Below are positions 20,011 to 30,058 of a stretch of DNA of 64,000 bases, in pieces; the stretch's first letter is position 1; every line of letters starts with the position of its first letter. Both the position numbers and the translations under genes were made by a program. The notes beneath the pieces are model-generated. The model did not search any database. It was not told the DNA's origin and worked only from the letters and a program-made list of their open reading frames with translations. Origin of the DNA: a virus; the IMG/VR virus record IMGVR_UViG_3300028800_000081, positions 1 through 64,000 of that record; one strand, written 5' to 3'.

Positions 20011-20184
20011 ATGAAGGCCAAAGAATCCGACGATCAATTCACTCCCGCAGAGATCGCGCAACGCCGCGACACGCTGCTTTTCCAGCTTTTGAAAACGCCG
20101 CCGAAGCCACGGGCAGCCCCGAAGGCTAAGCGGAAACCGAGTCGGGCCAAGGGCGCGAGTCGCAAGGCGCGAACGGTTGCCTGA
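20011..20184 (+). CDS. Small basic IS-associated protein
   Basis: FTPAEIAQRRDTLLFQLLKTPPKP. Confidence 0.45.
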   Translation: MKAKESDDQFTPAEIAQRRDTLLFQLLKTPPKPRAAPKAKRKPSRAKGASRKARTVA

Positions 20185-20221
20185 TATCCACAGATTCGCG
20201 CGGTCGAAACAGGGGGGAAAG

Positions 20222-20716
20222 ATGCGCGCATTCGGGATGATCGTCGCGGCAATTCTTGTTTTCAATGGCACGTCTGCAATCGCGCAAACGCCGCTATCTA
20301 CCCAGCCTGTCGACAACGTGGATCCATGCGCGCCCGATGATGGGATGTGCTGGGCGTCGCATGATGACTCCCGGAATTACGTCAAAGCCAGGAAGGCGTT
20401 CGAACATCTTGCGGAACATGGTGACGCTATTGCCGCGCTGTGGCTCGGTGAATCGTACGATGAACCCGCATGGGTCCGCGTCCCCATAGACCATGTGCAG
20501 GCATACAAATGGTATGACATTGCCGCTGCATTGAAAGCGCGCGAAATAGCCAAGGATGGTCCTGCGCCAAACGGATCGCTGACGCCACCCGACGATAACA
20601 AAACAGAGATAAATTATCGCGATGAATGCATCCAGTATCTGAACAACGTGCAACTCATGCTCGCGCGGCACTGGTCACATGAGTGGCAATCGGAACATCC
20701 TGAGGCCATGAAATAA
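20222..20716 (+). CDS. IS passenger, secreted Sel1-like repeat protein
   Basis: Signal peptide; AEHGDAIAALWLG...DHVQAYKWYDIAA. Confidence 0.7.
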   Translation: MRAFGMIVAAILVFNGTSAIAQTPLSTQPVDNVDPCAPDDGMCWASHDDSRNYVKARKAFEHLAEHGDAIAALWLGESYDEPAWVRVPIDHVQAYKWYDIAAALKAREIAKDGPAPNGSLTPPDDNKTEINYRDECIQYLNNVQLMLARHWSHEWQSEHPEAMK

Positions 20717-20931
20717 CGACCTATGACCTACCCGCTTCCGCAACGGCGTTCAGTGGAGTAGCATGAAAAAAATTGGGCCGAGGTGCTAGCCTCAGCCCGT
20801 TGGAATTCGATGCAGCGACGCGTCGTTATCCTCGAAAGAGGATATACGAAATGCTGTCGCACGCAACCGCTCATTTCACAGATATAAAATCCGTCGCATC
20901 GGCGGACGTAGCGCAACAAATTTTGAGCGTC

Positions 20932-21246
20932 TTACCAATCACCCCCGGCATTTCGCTGTTCCTTGATTGCGATGTCAGCGGCGAACTTCTGCCGGGCTTC
21001 GGCGTTGATCCTATAACCCTTGCTCGCGCACCATTGCGGGAATGTACGCGGATTGATGTAGATGCGTCTGACGGCCTTACCGCCGCTCTTAAAGTCATTC
21101 TCAGCGCGCTCAAATGTGCGGACAAAATCTTTCCAGAGCGGCGGCAGTTCGTTGGCGTCTTCGCAGATAGCGAGGAAGGCGTCGTAATCTTCCTCCCGAC
21201 ACCACGGAAGGCCGAGGGGAATTAGCTTTGGATCAAATGCTGGCAT
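20932..21246 (-). CDS. IS passenger hypothetical protein
   Basis: 104 aa; GGAG SD on the minus strand. Confidence 0.6.
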   Translation of the reverse strand: MPAFDPKLIPLGLPWCREEDYDAFLAICEDANELPPLWKDFVRTFERAENDFKSGGKAVRRIYINPRTFPQWCASKGYRINAEARQKFAADIAIKEQRNAGGDW

Positions 21247-21290
21247 TGTTTTGGAACTCCTAGGCGTTTGGCGATTCCTAGGATAACGGC

Positions 21291-21320
21291 GAAGCCCACC
21301 GGAGTCATTCGGTGGGCTTC
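21291..21320. terminator. Hairpin downstream of the transposase
   Basis: GAAGCCCACCG-N8-CGGTGGGCTTC. Confidence 0.45.
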
Positions 21321-21359
21321 TGCCTCTTCTGCCAGCGCAGGAACGCTTTCGCGTGCTGC

Positions 21360-22310
21360 TTAGGCGTTCGCGGTTTTGTTAGTCTGATGATATTGCAGGC
21401 GCTTGCCCTTCGCTCCCGCCAATAAGGCGTCGGCGCGCGCTGCATCCGTCATGTGACGGCCATTATATCGGAAATCGAACTCGGCAAGATAACGTGGCAA
21501 ATGTTGCTCGCTGATGCTGTGGAACGTGCCGTAAACGCCGCGCTTCAGGATCGCAAAATAGCTTTCAATCGTGTTGGTATGCATGAAGCCGCCAAGGCGC
21601 ACATATTCGTCCGCCGAATGATTGACCGTGCCGTGACCGGAGAACTCCGCACCGATTGACGGATAAACCGTGCTTTCGTCCGTCATCAGGTACGACTTGC
21701 GGCTTGCGTGCTTCACGATGATAGGGCGAAGCGTCTTGGAGTTCACGTTCGCAACATGGAAGGAGCGGACATGTCCGCCGTCACGCTCGACAAGGGCGAA
21801 CACGGGAGACTTTTTCGGGATCGGGCCAAACGCCTTATTCTTCGCCTTGCCTCCGATATACGTTTCGTCACCTTCAACGACCTTGTTCTTACCGCCTAAA
21901 GGGCGCGGCTTCTTCGCAATCGGGCATTCCCGCAAACGATGCGCGAGGAACCAAGCCGCCTCGTAACTGATATCCAGCATCCGATGCAGTTGAAGGGCGC
22001 TAATGCCTTTCTTGCTCGCCATCATCAGGTGCGAGGCCATGACCCATTTTGTCAGCGGGATATGGCTGCGCTCCATGACGGTTCCGACCGTGACGCTGAA
22101 GGGCTTGCGGCAATCTTTGCAGTTGTAAACGCCCGGGCGGGTGCTCTTCCCGGCAAGCTTTGTGATCCGGCCCCCGAACTGGCCACAACGCGGGCACGTA
22201 GCCCCGGCGTCCTTCCACAGGACGCTTTCCAGATGTTCCCGCGCCTTGTCCTCATCATTGAAAATGGGGTTGCGGATATCGAACGATTGCTTGGGGAATT
22301 TCTTGGACAC
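21360..22310 (-). CDS. IS1595-family transposase
   Basis: Zn ribbon CPRCG..CKDC; DETYIGG, TDE, NHS, HTNTIES, YLAEFDFRYN. Confidence 0.95.
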   Translation of the reverse strand: MSKKFPKQSFDIRNPIFNDEDKAREHLESVLWKDAGATCPRCGQFGGRITKLAGKSTRPGVYNCKDCRKPFSVTVGTVMERSHIPLTKWVMASHLMMASKKGISALQLHRMLDISYEAAWFLAHRLRECPIAKKPRPLGGKNKVVEGDETYIGGKAKNKAFGPIPKKSPVFALVERDGGHVRSFHVANVNSKTLRPIIVKHASRKSYLMTDESTVYPSIGAEFSGHGTVNHSADEYVRLGGFMHTNTIESYFAILKRGVYGTFHSISEQHLPRYLAEFDFRYNGRHMTDAARADALLAGAKGKRLQYHQTNKTANA

Positions 22311-22604
22311 GGGCAGAACCTCGATTTGTGAGGCGATTCTAGCCCTAGTTTCGTGTTACGTCAAGCCGATACTTCCCGCAGCGTCTTTCCCGCCCCATGC
22401 GCGTTCTCTCAAAGAGGCAGTCCGCCTCACGGAGAACTTCCATGACAAACACCCCCAAGCCTGATCCGAAGCCACAGCCCAATCCGCAGCCTGTCCAGAA
22501 CCCAAATCCGGGCCAAGGACGGCCAAACCCGAACTACCCGAACAAATAGACCGCTCAGACGGGGGCTCGCCTCGTGCGGGCTCCCTGTCGCTTTGGAGGC
22601 CACA

Positions 22605-22820
22605 ATGGTAGGCTTGCTTATAACGCTTCTGGTGATTTGCCTCATCGCCTCTGTGGTGTGGTGGATTCTGACGATGATCCCGATTCCGCCGCCATTCGTG
22701 TGGATCGTGCGGGTTATTTTCGCGGTCATATTCCTGATCGTTTTGCTAGATTTGCTGCTCGGCGGTGGATTCGGCAATCTGAGCCTTGGCGGTGGCAATC
22801 TCTTCGCGAGGCGCTGTTGA
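22605..22820 (+). CDS. Small two-TM membrane protein
   Basis: Two TM helices around IPIPPPF; GGAGG SD. Confidence 0.7.
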   Translation: MVGLLITLLVICLIASVVWWILTMIPIPPPFVWIVRVIFAVIFLIVLLDLLLGGGFGNLSLGGGNLFARRC

Positions 22821-22849
22821 ATTGTCACACGGGCGGAGTATTGTGCCCC

Positions 22850-23158
22850 ATGTTCCGAAACCCCTTCCGCAGCATCGGCGAGAAGCTCGATAGGCTGCTC
22901 AGACAACAGGAGTGCATTATGACCCTCGCAACCGATCTCGCCACCGCTGTTGCCGCCGTAGACGCGAAGCAACAGGCCCTCCAAGCCTCAGCAGACCAGA
23001 TTGTGGCCGACATTGCCGCCTTGAAGGCTGCAATCAATTCGGGCGACGAACAGGCCATGCAGGACGCTGTAGCGGACCTCACGGCAACGGCTGGCAAGCT
23101 CGACTCCACGAATACCGAGCTCCAGGCTGCGCTGCCCACGCCTCCCGCAGGCCCCTAA
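22850..23158 (+). CDS. Coiled-coil hypothetical protein
   Basis: GGAG SD; Ala-rich heptads. Confidence 0.6.
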   Translation: MFRNPFRSIGEKLDRLLRQQECIMTLATDLATAVAAVDAKQQALQASADQIVADIAALKAAINSGDEQAMQDAVADLTATAGKLDSTNTELQAALPTPPAGP

Positions 23159-23220
23159 CCGCCCGCTACCCCCAACGGTGTGCGTAACTTGGCCTCGCGG
23201 GCGACTGCAGGGCCACATTT

Positions 23221-23940
23221 TTATGCGCGGCAAACACGACATTGGAGCGCGGCCATTGGGTCGCGGCGCGTCTCTCGCGGAACGCGGCCCTTCTCAAATT
23301 CGGCCCGCAACAGCCGAAGCGATGCAGGCCATGTGTCCCGTTGAGGCGAGCGAAACGTGAAGCCAGTCAATTCCTCATAAGCCTCGCCTTCGAGGTATGC
23401 GGGCAGATTGTCCCTCCAAAGCTCAAACCACTGAATGAGTCGCTGGAAAAAACACAACATGCAATCCGTCCGGGCCGGAATTATGATCCCGCGTTGAGCG
23501 TTGAAAGACAGAACTTCGGCCAGCCCCATTCCAGCTTCCCGGAGCGGGAAAAGCATCTCGACGTTTGGCACATTCTGATAGTCTCCGCCCTCGCGCGCCG
23601 GTTCATCCGCGCGCAAGCCAACATAGAACTTTGCTGGCGAATGCTGCATCAGATAGGCGGCAAACGGCTCAATCTTCAGGACGCGCGTGCACCAACGCTG
23701 TCGCCAATTGGGAAGCGCCTTCCATTGGCGAATGAGCCCGTCCAGTCCGCCAGGGTACATCAGAGGCAGAATAGGGCCGATACGGTCCCGCAAGACCTTC
23801 ATGTGAGAGAACCACTCCGGCGGCTCATTGCCGGTCGGCGTGCAGACCCATTGAAAATCAATTTCAGGGTGCGTTTCTTTGAGCAACACAGCCATCGCAA
23901 CGCTGTCCTTGCCGCCTGAGATCGCGCCAATATGGTTCAT
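23221..23940 (-). CDS. PAPS-reductase-like PP-loop protein
   Basis: ISGGKDS, RWCTRVLK, GLRADE, CMLC. Confidence 0.85.
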   Translation of the reverse strand: MNHIGAISGGKDSVAMAVLLKETHPEIDFQWVCTPTGNEPPEWFSHMKVLRDRIGPILPLMYPGGLDGLIRQWKALPNWRQRWCTRVLKIEPFAAYLMQHSPAKFYVGLRADEPAREGGDYQNVPNVEMLFPLREAGMGLAEVLSFNAQRGIIIPARTDCMLCFFQRLIQWFELWRDNLPAYLEGEAYEELTGFTFRSPQRDTWPASLRLLRAEFEKGRVPRETRRDPMAALQCRVCRA

Positions 23941-24373
23941 CTCTCTCCGTCCTTTGCCCGCTGACGACCTTCGTCAACGCGCTCCCAATATCGCTGTTCT
24001 TCGTCATACTGGCGCTGACGCTCTGTCTCGTTCGCAAGCTGTACCGCCTTCAGATACCAGCGATGTCCGCACATGCCGCACGTCGCCCTGCCGGTGAGAA
24101 TGTCGGTCTCGTATTCATCGTGGTCGCAGTCCTCGGCGTCGTCAAAATCGTTGCTCATCTCACGCCGCCCGGCGCGGAGAGGGGCGCATATCGTCTAGGC
24201 CACCAATCGCAGGATGTGAACCCGCGCCTGACCGCCCCGAACAGCTTGTCGCATGCTGGCCCGTTACGGCAATCCGCGCACGTCTTGCCGGGCGGCAATT
24301 TCATTTCGGCGGCGTAGTCTGGCTCGCCCATCACACACCCTCCCCGCGCTCTGGCTTGTCCATGGTTATCCGG

Positions 24374-24895
24374 TTAGCGGACAGGGGGGATAGTCGTTGA
24401 CGCTAGCAGTTCGGCGCGAATCTCCATCCAGAGCTTGCCGAGCATGTTCTGGCCTTCACGATACGGACCCCAACCCCAGAAGTTGTCGCGCCACGAATTT
24501 TCGATCAGTGTCCGCTCGCCCGTCGCCAATAGCTTGCGCCTAACATATTCGTGTTGAATGGTTTTGGCACGAAGGATGTCGCGCATGACGCCAATCTTCA
24601 CCGTATCCCAATCACGGCGCTGGAAGCTCTTGTTTTCCTGTGCAAGCTTGAACGCCTCATGGGCGGAAGCGGCGAAGCGGATATTGTCGGCAATGAGCCA
24701 CGCTTGCGCCCCGATGGCTGGGCTTTGTCCTTCCTGTCCGGTAGCGAACCTTTCCCAATGATATGCCGCCTCTGATGTATCGAAATCCCTTCCGCGCCAC
24801 TGAATGCGGAAAGCTGAGAAATTCGATAGGACATAGAAATCCTGTTCGTAGAAAAACACCTGCGTCTCATTGTCGAGTCCGTGAATTTCCATCAC
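24374..24895 (-). CDS. NADAR family (YbiA-like) protein
   Basis: LSNF, TSEAAY, RRDWD, LLATG, IENS, WG, GQNMLGKLWMEIR. Confidence 0.9.
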   Translation of the reverse strand: MMEIHGLDNETQVFFYEQDFYVLSNFSAFRIQWRGRDFDTSEAAYHWERFATGQEGQSPAIGAQAWLIADNIRFAASAHEAFKLAQENKSFQRRDWDTVKIGVMRDILRAKTIQHEYVRRKLLATGERTLIENSWRDNFWGWGPYREGQNMLGKLWMEIRAELLASTTIPPVR

Positions 24896-24929
24896 CTACT
24901 CTCCTTCTGTGTCATCGTATCGGTATCAG

Positions 24930-25250
24930 CGCGCTCTGGCTTGGGCTCGACCGTGGAGCGTGGCGTGGCGGTATATCATGGCAAGCCGCTCCGCAATTTT
25001 GCGAAATCCATTGTCGCAAAAAGCATCGCTTCGTCGAGTTGCTTGATAACGGATAACATCATGGCAACGTCGTCATATAGTAGTTTTGGCCCGGACCAAC
25101 GCCCCGTTGCTTTCCATTGCTGAACAGAGATTTCTAGCTGTTGAAGTCGTTCGCGCTGGCGATCTCTCGCGTCATCCATTGTTGCGATGTTTGCTCCCAT
25201 CACCCCTCTCCCGTTGCGGAATGCTCGACGCGCTCTGGCTTGGGCTCGAC
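24930..25250. repeat. 22-bp direct repeat CGCGCTCTGGCTTGGGCTCGAC
   Basis: Copies at 24930-24951 and 25229-25250; 14-bp partial copy at 24345-24358. Confidence 0.8.
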
Positions 25251-26473
25251 TGTACGGGCTCGGATGGCGGCGGCGATACCATCAGCAATGGCGTACCCTC
25301 GCAGGAAAATTGGGCCTTCGCGCTTTGGAAAGTCAGGCTTTTCCATTTCGGCATTCTCGGCTGCTGCCCACTCGTCCGCAATCTTCGCTGCTTCCTCGAA
25401 TGCCTCCGCTCTGATACGCGCACTCTCTCCCCCTGCCCCGTCTGCGCCGTGTGGCCGTACCTTTTCGAGCCAGAATTGAACGTGGCCGAACGCTTTTTTG
25501 TCGTATCCCTGCGCACACTCCGCAGGATGATCGTGAGCGTAGCCCCATGCCAGATGAAATTCCGATATGCCTGCCCCGTCTGCGGTGGGCTGGAGGCGGG
25601 AGAGGGCGGCGAATTCGCAAAGCAAATCGACAACCGCGACCGACGATATTGAGGCCGCGTCTCTGTAGCCTTTCGAAACAAGGAATTGTGCGGCCTTGGA
25701 TACCTGTTCAGTCAGCGCAACGTCGCCGGGCGGACGGTCGGTCATGGGTTCACCTTTAGTAACTGGAAACGCGGGCATACGTGGTCTGAGCGCACAGGCA
25801 TATAGCCGTAAAAGTCGCTCTCCAGATCGCACGTCATTTGACGCTTGTTCATTGTGTATCCTTTGTGGGCGCAGTAACCGCAACAGGCACCATCGGAACG
25901 TAACTGCGCAACCATGGCGTCTCGGAGAGTTTTTGTAATTTTCGCTCGCAAGCGAAGACGCGCCTTTCTAGCGGGGCTCAGTTTACTCATTCTCCATCTC
26001 GCTTGGTGACAGCGGCGGCGCGGATCGCGTCTCTAGTCTTTTCGACGCCAAGCCAAAAAGCGTGCGTGGATTCTTCGGAGCCGCTTTCTTCATCGGGATA
26101 TTTCGGCATGGCCCTATCAACCGCCCGCTCAAGCCTCTCCACCTTATCAAGGAGCGATTCTACTGTCGCGTCGCCGTTGAACATCTTGCGGATTGTAGTG
26201 GTGTCTGGGGGCGTGGTCATAGTCCTAAATCCTTGGCATCTTCATTCGCGACGAAGCCGTTGCAGCGGTCGCAGATGCGGCCTTCATCGCCCATGGTATC
26301 CGTATATGGTCGCCAATCATGGACGCAGGCGTCGAAATGTGCGCGCCACTCCTTCACGCAAGCCTCGCAGAACCAGCAATCCTCCATCATCGTCATTGTT
26401 TCTATGGGAAACGCTTTCTCGCAATGCTCACATTGCTGCATGTCTGCCAGCGTCACGGGTTTGGTCGGGTGGG

Positions 26474-26866
26474 TCATTGGGCGGCCTCATAGAATTTTGA
26501 CTTCGGGGTCTTGCCGTCCTGGTCGCTTTCCCAAGCGGCAAACATGCGTTCAACATCGGCACTCGGCAGAAATTCGACAAGCGCGTCGCATTCGGTGCAC
26601 ATGCCGTCCCACATCAAATCGTAGGCGCGCTGGAGCATAGCGTCCCTCAGTTCGTCCGTAGACCGGCTACTCGGAAGCATATTGAACTTGGTACGCTGCC
26701 GGCCGATCCGCCGCTCTTCGTCATCAAGGAACCGGCCCTCCGCTTTCGTTGATGCTTTCCATTTTGCGTTCTCGCGCAGATCCGCAATCAGCTTTGGATT
26801 GCCGCCTTCCTGCTCAAGCCGCGCGGCAGCGACCATGAGCATGTGAATGCGAGAGCGCGGCGTCAT
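26474..26866 (-). CDS. Hypothetical early protein
   Basis: 130 aa, overlapping starts and stops in the leftward operon. Confidence 0.5.
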   Translation of the reverse strand: MTPRSRIHMLMVAAARLEQEGGNPKLIADLRENAKWKASTKAEGRFLDDEERRIGRQRTKFNMLPSSRSTDELRDAMLQRAYDLMWDGMCTECDALVEFLPSADVERMFAAWESDQDGKTPKSKFYEAAQ

Positions 26867-27228
26867 CGTTTCCTCATCTTCCTACTGCCGAAATGCTTGA
26901 AGCCTTCCGGCGCCTTGGCGAACTTGCGCGTCGGGATCTTGCGCTTCGGCCCCTGCTTCGTGACGCCGGTAATGCGATCGATCTTCGCGAGGGCTTGGAC
27001 GTCGCGCTTCGATTTCGGCTTGTGCGCCGCCTTCAGAACCGGCCGGAAGTTCCTATACTCGTGCTTGCCTCCGAGCGCGTCGGCATGGATGTGATCGATC
27101 TCCACCGGATCACCTGGGCGCATAGGTTCGCCGGAGATCGCACACTTCAGCGGCTCACCAAACTGCATCTCGACGCGATACAGGAGCGTGTCGATTATCT
27201 CGCGCTTGGTGAAGGGCTTGCGGCTCAT
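26863..27228 (-). CDS. HNH endonuclease
   Basis: CAISG..EIDHIHADALGGKH..N. Confidence 0.8.
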   Translation of the reverse strand: MSRKPFTKREIIDTLLYRVEMQFGEPLKCAISGEPMRPGDPVEIDHIHADALGGKHEYRNFRPVLKAAHKPKSKRDVQALAKIDRITGVTKQGPKRKIPTRKFAKAPEGFKHFGSRKMRKR

Positions 27229-27430
27229 GGCTTCACCTTGTGCTTTTCGTTCCACGCCTTGCTGCCGGCAAAGAATTCGGAATCGCGCCACGGGCATTCG
27301 AATTCGCACCATTCCGAACCGGCCATCATGCATTGACCGTCCGCCATGAGCATGCACTCGTCATCGCCGAATTCATCTTCTGGCTCTTCGTCGTCGTCCA
27401 GATAGTTTTCGTCGTCGGATGGATTGCCCA

Positions 27431-27682
27431 TCACCCGTCTCCCACCAAATAGCTCAGCGTCGTGCCGAGCGCGTCCGCAAGCAGTCTTAACATCCACATC
27501 TGCGGCACCATCGTCTTTTCGTAGCGGCTGATTTGCGACCCCACGGCGCCGACTCTGCGCCCGAGCTCGCCCTGGCTCATGCCGGCCATTGTGCGGAGAT
27601 GATAGAGCCGCGGGCCGATCTTGCGGTCTTCGGCTCGTGCAGCGGCGCGTTTCGCGGCTTGGGCTTTGCTGATCGTGGACAT
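27431..27682 (-). CDS. XRE-family HTH protein
   Basis: GMSQGELGRRVG...ISRYE...LADALG. Confidence 0.85.
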   Translation of the reverse strand: MSTISKAQAAKRAAARAEDRKIGPRLYHLRTMAGMSQGELGRRVGAVGSQISRYEKTMVPQMWMLRLLADALGTTLSYLVGDG

Positions 27683-27683
27683 G

Positions 27684-28082
27684 CTATTTCTTCTCTGCCA
27701 AGAATCTGCTGGCTTCCAAGATCGGTAGGTTTGCCTCGGTCGGGACGTAGATCGTCTCGTCGCCGTCGCGCTCTTCCATCATCTTGATCCACTGCCAGCG
27801 CAGATAGAGGTCATGCTGTTTCAGACCTTCGCCGATCTCTTTGATCTGGGCGGCGACGGCCTGCGCTTCGATGATCGCTGCCTGCTTATTCAATTCGGCG
27901 GCGTTCAAACGCCCTTGTGCTTCGGCAACTTGGATCGTTTGCTCATTACGGGCCTGCGCGAGGTCAGCGAGCCCCCGTTGATGCGCTGCCCATACGCGCC
28001 AGAGCGGGTAAAGCCACAGGATCCAAATCAGAATGATCGCGAAAGCCGCAAGAACGACCAACAAAATGTTCTCCACGTCCAT
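27684..28082 (-). CDS. Membrane-anchored coiled-coil protein (SPFH-C-terminus-like)
   Basis: N-terminal TM; YLRWQWI...IYVPTEANLPILEA. Confidence 0.65.
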   Translation of the reverse strand: MDVENILLVVLAAFAIILIWILWLYPLWRVWAAHQRGLADLAQARNEQTIQVAEAQGRLNAAELNKQAAIIEAQAVAAQIKEIGEGLKQHDLYLRWQWIKMMEERDGDETIYVPTEANLPILEASRFLAEKK

Positions 28083-28141
28083 CTCCTATTTCCCCGCCTT
28101 CGCCTTGGCGCGTTGAGCCGCGACGATTTCCTTTTGCTGTT

Positions 28142-28657
28142 TCATGACGGTCTATTCTCCTCCAGTTGTTTCCGCGCGACGCCGATCAGGTCAGACACCC
28201 AATCGAGTGTCGCCTGTTTCGAAGCCTGAAAGTCCTGTTTTCCCATTGCGCGCATCGACTGGCTCTTCGCCGTGTAGCGCGTCACCGTAGCCTCTCGAAC
28301 CGTCACGACCCCGAATTCGTCTGTCGGCCGGATGAATGCCGCAACGCGCTTCGCCTCGGCCTTGGATGCGCAGACAAGGGTTTGCGTGTCGCAGTAGCCG
28401 GTCTGGATCAGTGCGCGCTTGCGGAGATGTTCCGGCGAGGGATACATCCCGGCGATCGTCTCAGGCAAATTCATCCAAGAATCTTTGAGCATCGCGAAAT
28501 AATGCCTTCTCGACGCTTCCGAGGCCGGATGAACGACGCTGACGAGATACCTCTCGCCAATGACAAGTTCAGCGTCGCAATCCCGTTGCCAGCGCTGCGA
28601 CGCGGGGCGAAGTAGATCGCCCTCCCACACGAACAGGATTTGCTTGTCGTCGCTCAC
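28142..28657 (-). CDS. Recombination-associated protein (NinB-like)
   Basis: SRRHYFAML, SQSMRAMGKQDF; adjacent to the recombinase. Confidence 0.55.
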   Translation of the reverse strand: MSDDKQILFVWEGDLLRPASQRWQRDCDAELVIGERYLVSVVHPASEASRRHYFAMLKDSWMNLPETIAGMYPSPEHLRKRALIQTGYCDTQTLVCASKAEAKRVAAFIRPTDEFGVVTVREATVTRYTAKSQSMRAMGKQDFQASKQATLDWVSDLIGVARKQLEENRPS

Positions 28658-28660
28658 TGC

Positions 28661-29782
28661 CTACGCCTTCGCGCCTTTCAGCCGATCGCGGTTTGTCTTA
28701 TAGGTCGCGTTCCACTTCGGCCGGAGATCGTCTTCGCGGTTCTTCTGTGCCAGTTCGCGGCACACCTGATCGTCGATATGATCGAGGTCCGACATGGCGT
28801 CGCAGGAATCGGCGAGATCGGATTGCTTGCCAAGCCAGTCCGCCGTCTCGTCGGGCTCGCGTTGCTGCTCGGGCGCGGGCTTCTGATCCGCCGCTTGTTC
28901 TGGCGCATTGATGGGTTCGGGCTTCACTTCCGCCTTTGGCTTCGTCTCAGGCTCGATGGGGGCCTTGGCAGACGTTTCCTGCGGCACTTCGATCGCCGGC
29001 TTGCCGAGATAGTCCTCGCGCCGTGGGCGCTCTGTGGGCCGCGTTGCTGGCGCTCCCCCGTGGTCTACAACGCGGCCGGCCATTTCCTCGGCGGCGTATT
29101 CGCCCCCAAGCTCTTCCGGGTAGGCGCGACGCAGGGCCGCCGCTTCGGCACATTTCTCGAGCTGCCCGCGCGGCCTGCCTTCCCACATCGAATTTGGCAG
29201 TTCAGAAAAGTGGCTCTTCGTCGCGTAGGTTTCCTCCCAATAAACGCGCGGCCCAGGGAACGGCACGCGGTTCCCCTGTAGCATCCGGTAAAGCGTAATC
29301 TGCGCCCATTCCGGGAACGTGACGGTGGCCTGCTCTTCCTTGTGATCCCTGTTCTCGCCGAAGAAGGTTTTCTCGATGTCGTCGCCGAACACACATGGAT
29401 CGCAACCAGCATAGGAGCCGGTTCGCATCGCCGTGGTGCGCAGTTCCGATATGCTCGGCCAAACGGTTTCAACGGTTTTCCGCAGCGCCGAATTGTAGAC
29501 GGGCACGATGTGCACCGGCCTCTTGAACGGATCGAGTTGGCGGGCGCGGCAATACGAAAGCGCCATGATGACGGATTCGAGGCTTTGAGCGCCGGGCCAA
29601 ATGGATTCGACCAGTACGCGCCAGCCAGCACGATCGACGCCGAAGCGTTCCTCGATCAGCGGGTGGTATGGAAGCCTCTCGGCCGCCAGGCGGACGACTT
29701 CCTGCCCCTTGGTGGGCTGCTCCGGCGGCAATGTCTGCGCCTGCGTCTTGTCCTTCGTGGTGGTGGATTTCGCCATTGTCAT
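28661..29782 (-). CDS. bet: RecT/Bet single-strand annealing protein
   Basis: LDPFKRPVHIV, MW..RP..QL.KCAEAAALRRAYPE. Confidence 0.88.
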   Translation of the reverse strand: MTMAKSTTTKDKTQAQTLPPEQPTKGQEVVRLAAERLPYHPLIEERFGVDRAGWRVLVESIWPGAQSLESVIMALSYCRARQLDPFKRPVHIVPVYNSALRKTVETVWPSISELRTTAMRTGSYAGCDPCVFGDDIEKTFFGENRDHKEEQATVTFPEWAQITLYRMLQGNRVPFPGPRVYWEETYATKSHFSELPNSMWEGRPRGQLEKCAEAAALRRAYPEELGGEYAAEEMAGRVVDHGGAPATRPTERPRREDYLGKPAIEVPQETSAKAPIEPETKPKAEVKPEPINAPEQAADQKPAPEQQREPDETADWLGKQSDLADSCDAMSDLDHIDDQVCRELAQKNREDDLRPKWNATYKTNRDRLKGAKA

Positions 29783-30058
29783 GTTCCTACTTGTCGACGT
29801 CGTCGAAGATTGATCGGTTGCCGTTTTCGTCCAACATGGTGCCGTCCAGAGCGAACATCGGCCGTTCGTTCGGATGAAGCTTTACCTCCCAGTCTCCGCA
29901 GAATTCTTCGGCCTGCGTTGGCGGGAAGGCGGATCGCGTTTCGAACACGCGGCCGGTCTCGTGGTCCCAGGATGTGTCTATGACGGCTGGCGACCGATGG
30001 TGGCATTCGCCGTTCGCCCACCACCGGCACGTCCCGCACGTCAGCCCCTGGATCGCGC

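Larger units (their letters stand above)
19232..22377 (-). mobile_element. IS1595-family element carrying passenger genes
   Basis: Terminal inverted repeats GGGAAGTATC..TTGACGTA (23/27 match); 8-bp target duplication GCAGCGTC at 19224-19231 and 22378-22385. Confidence 0.92.
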
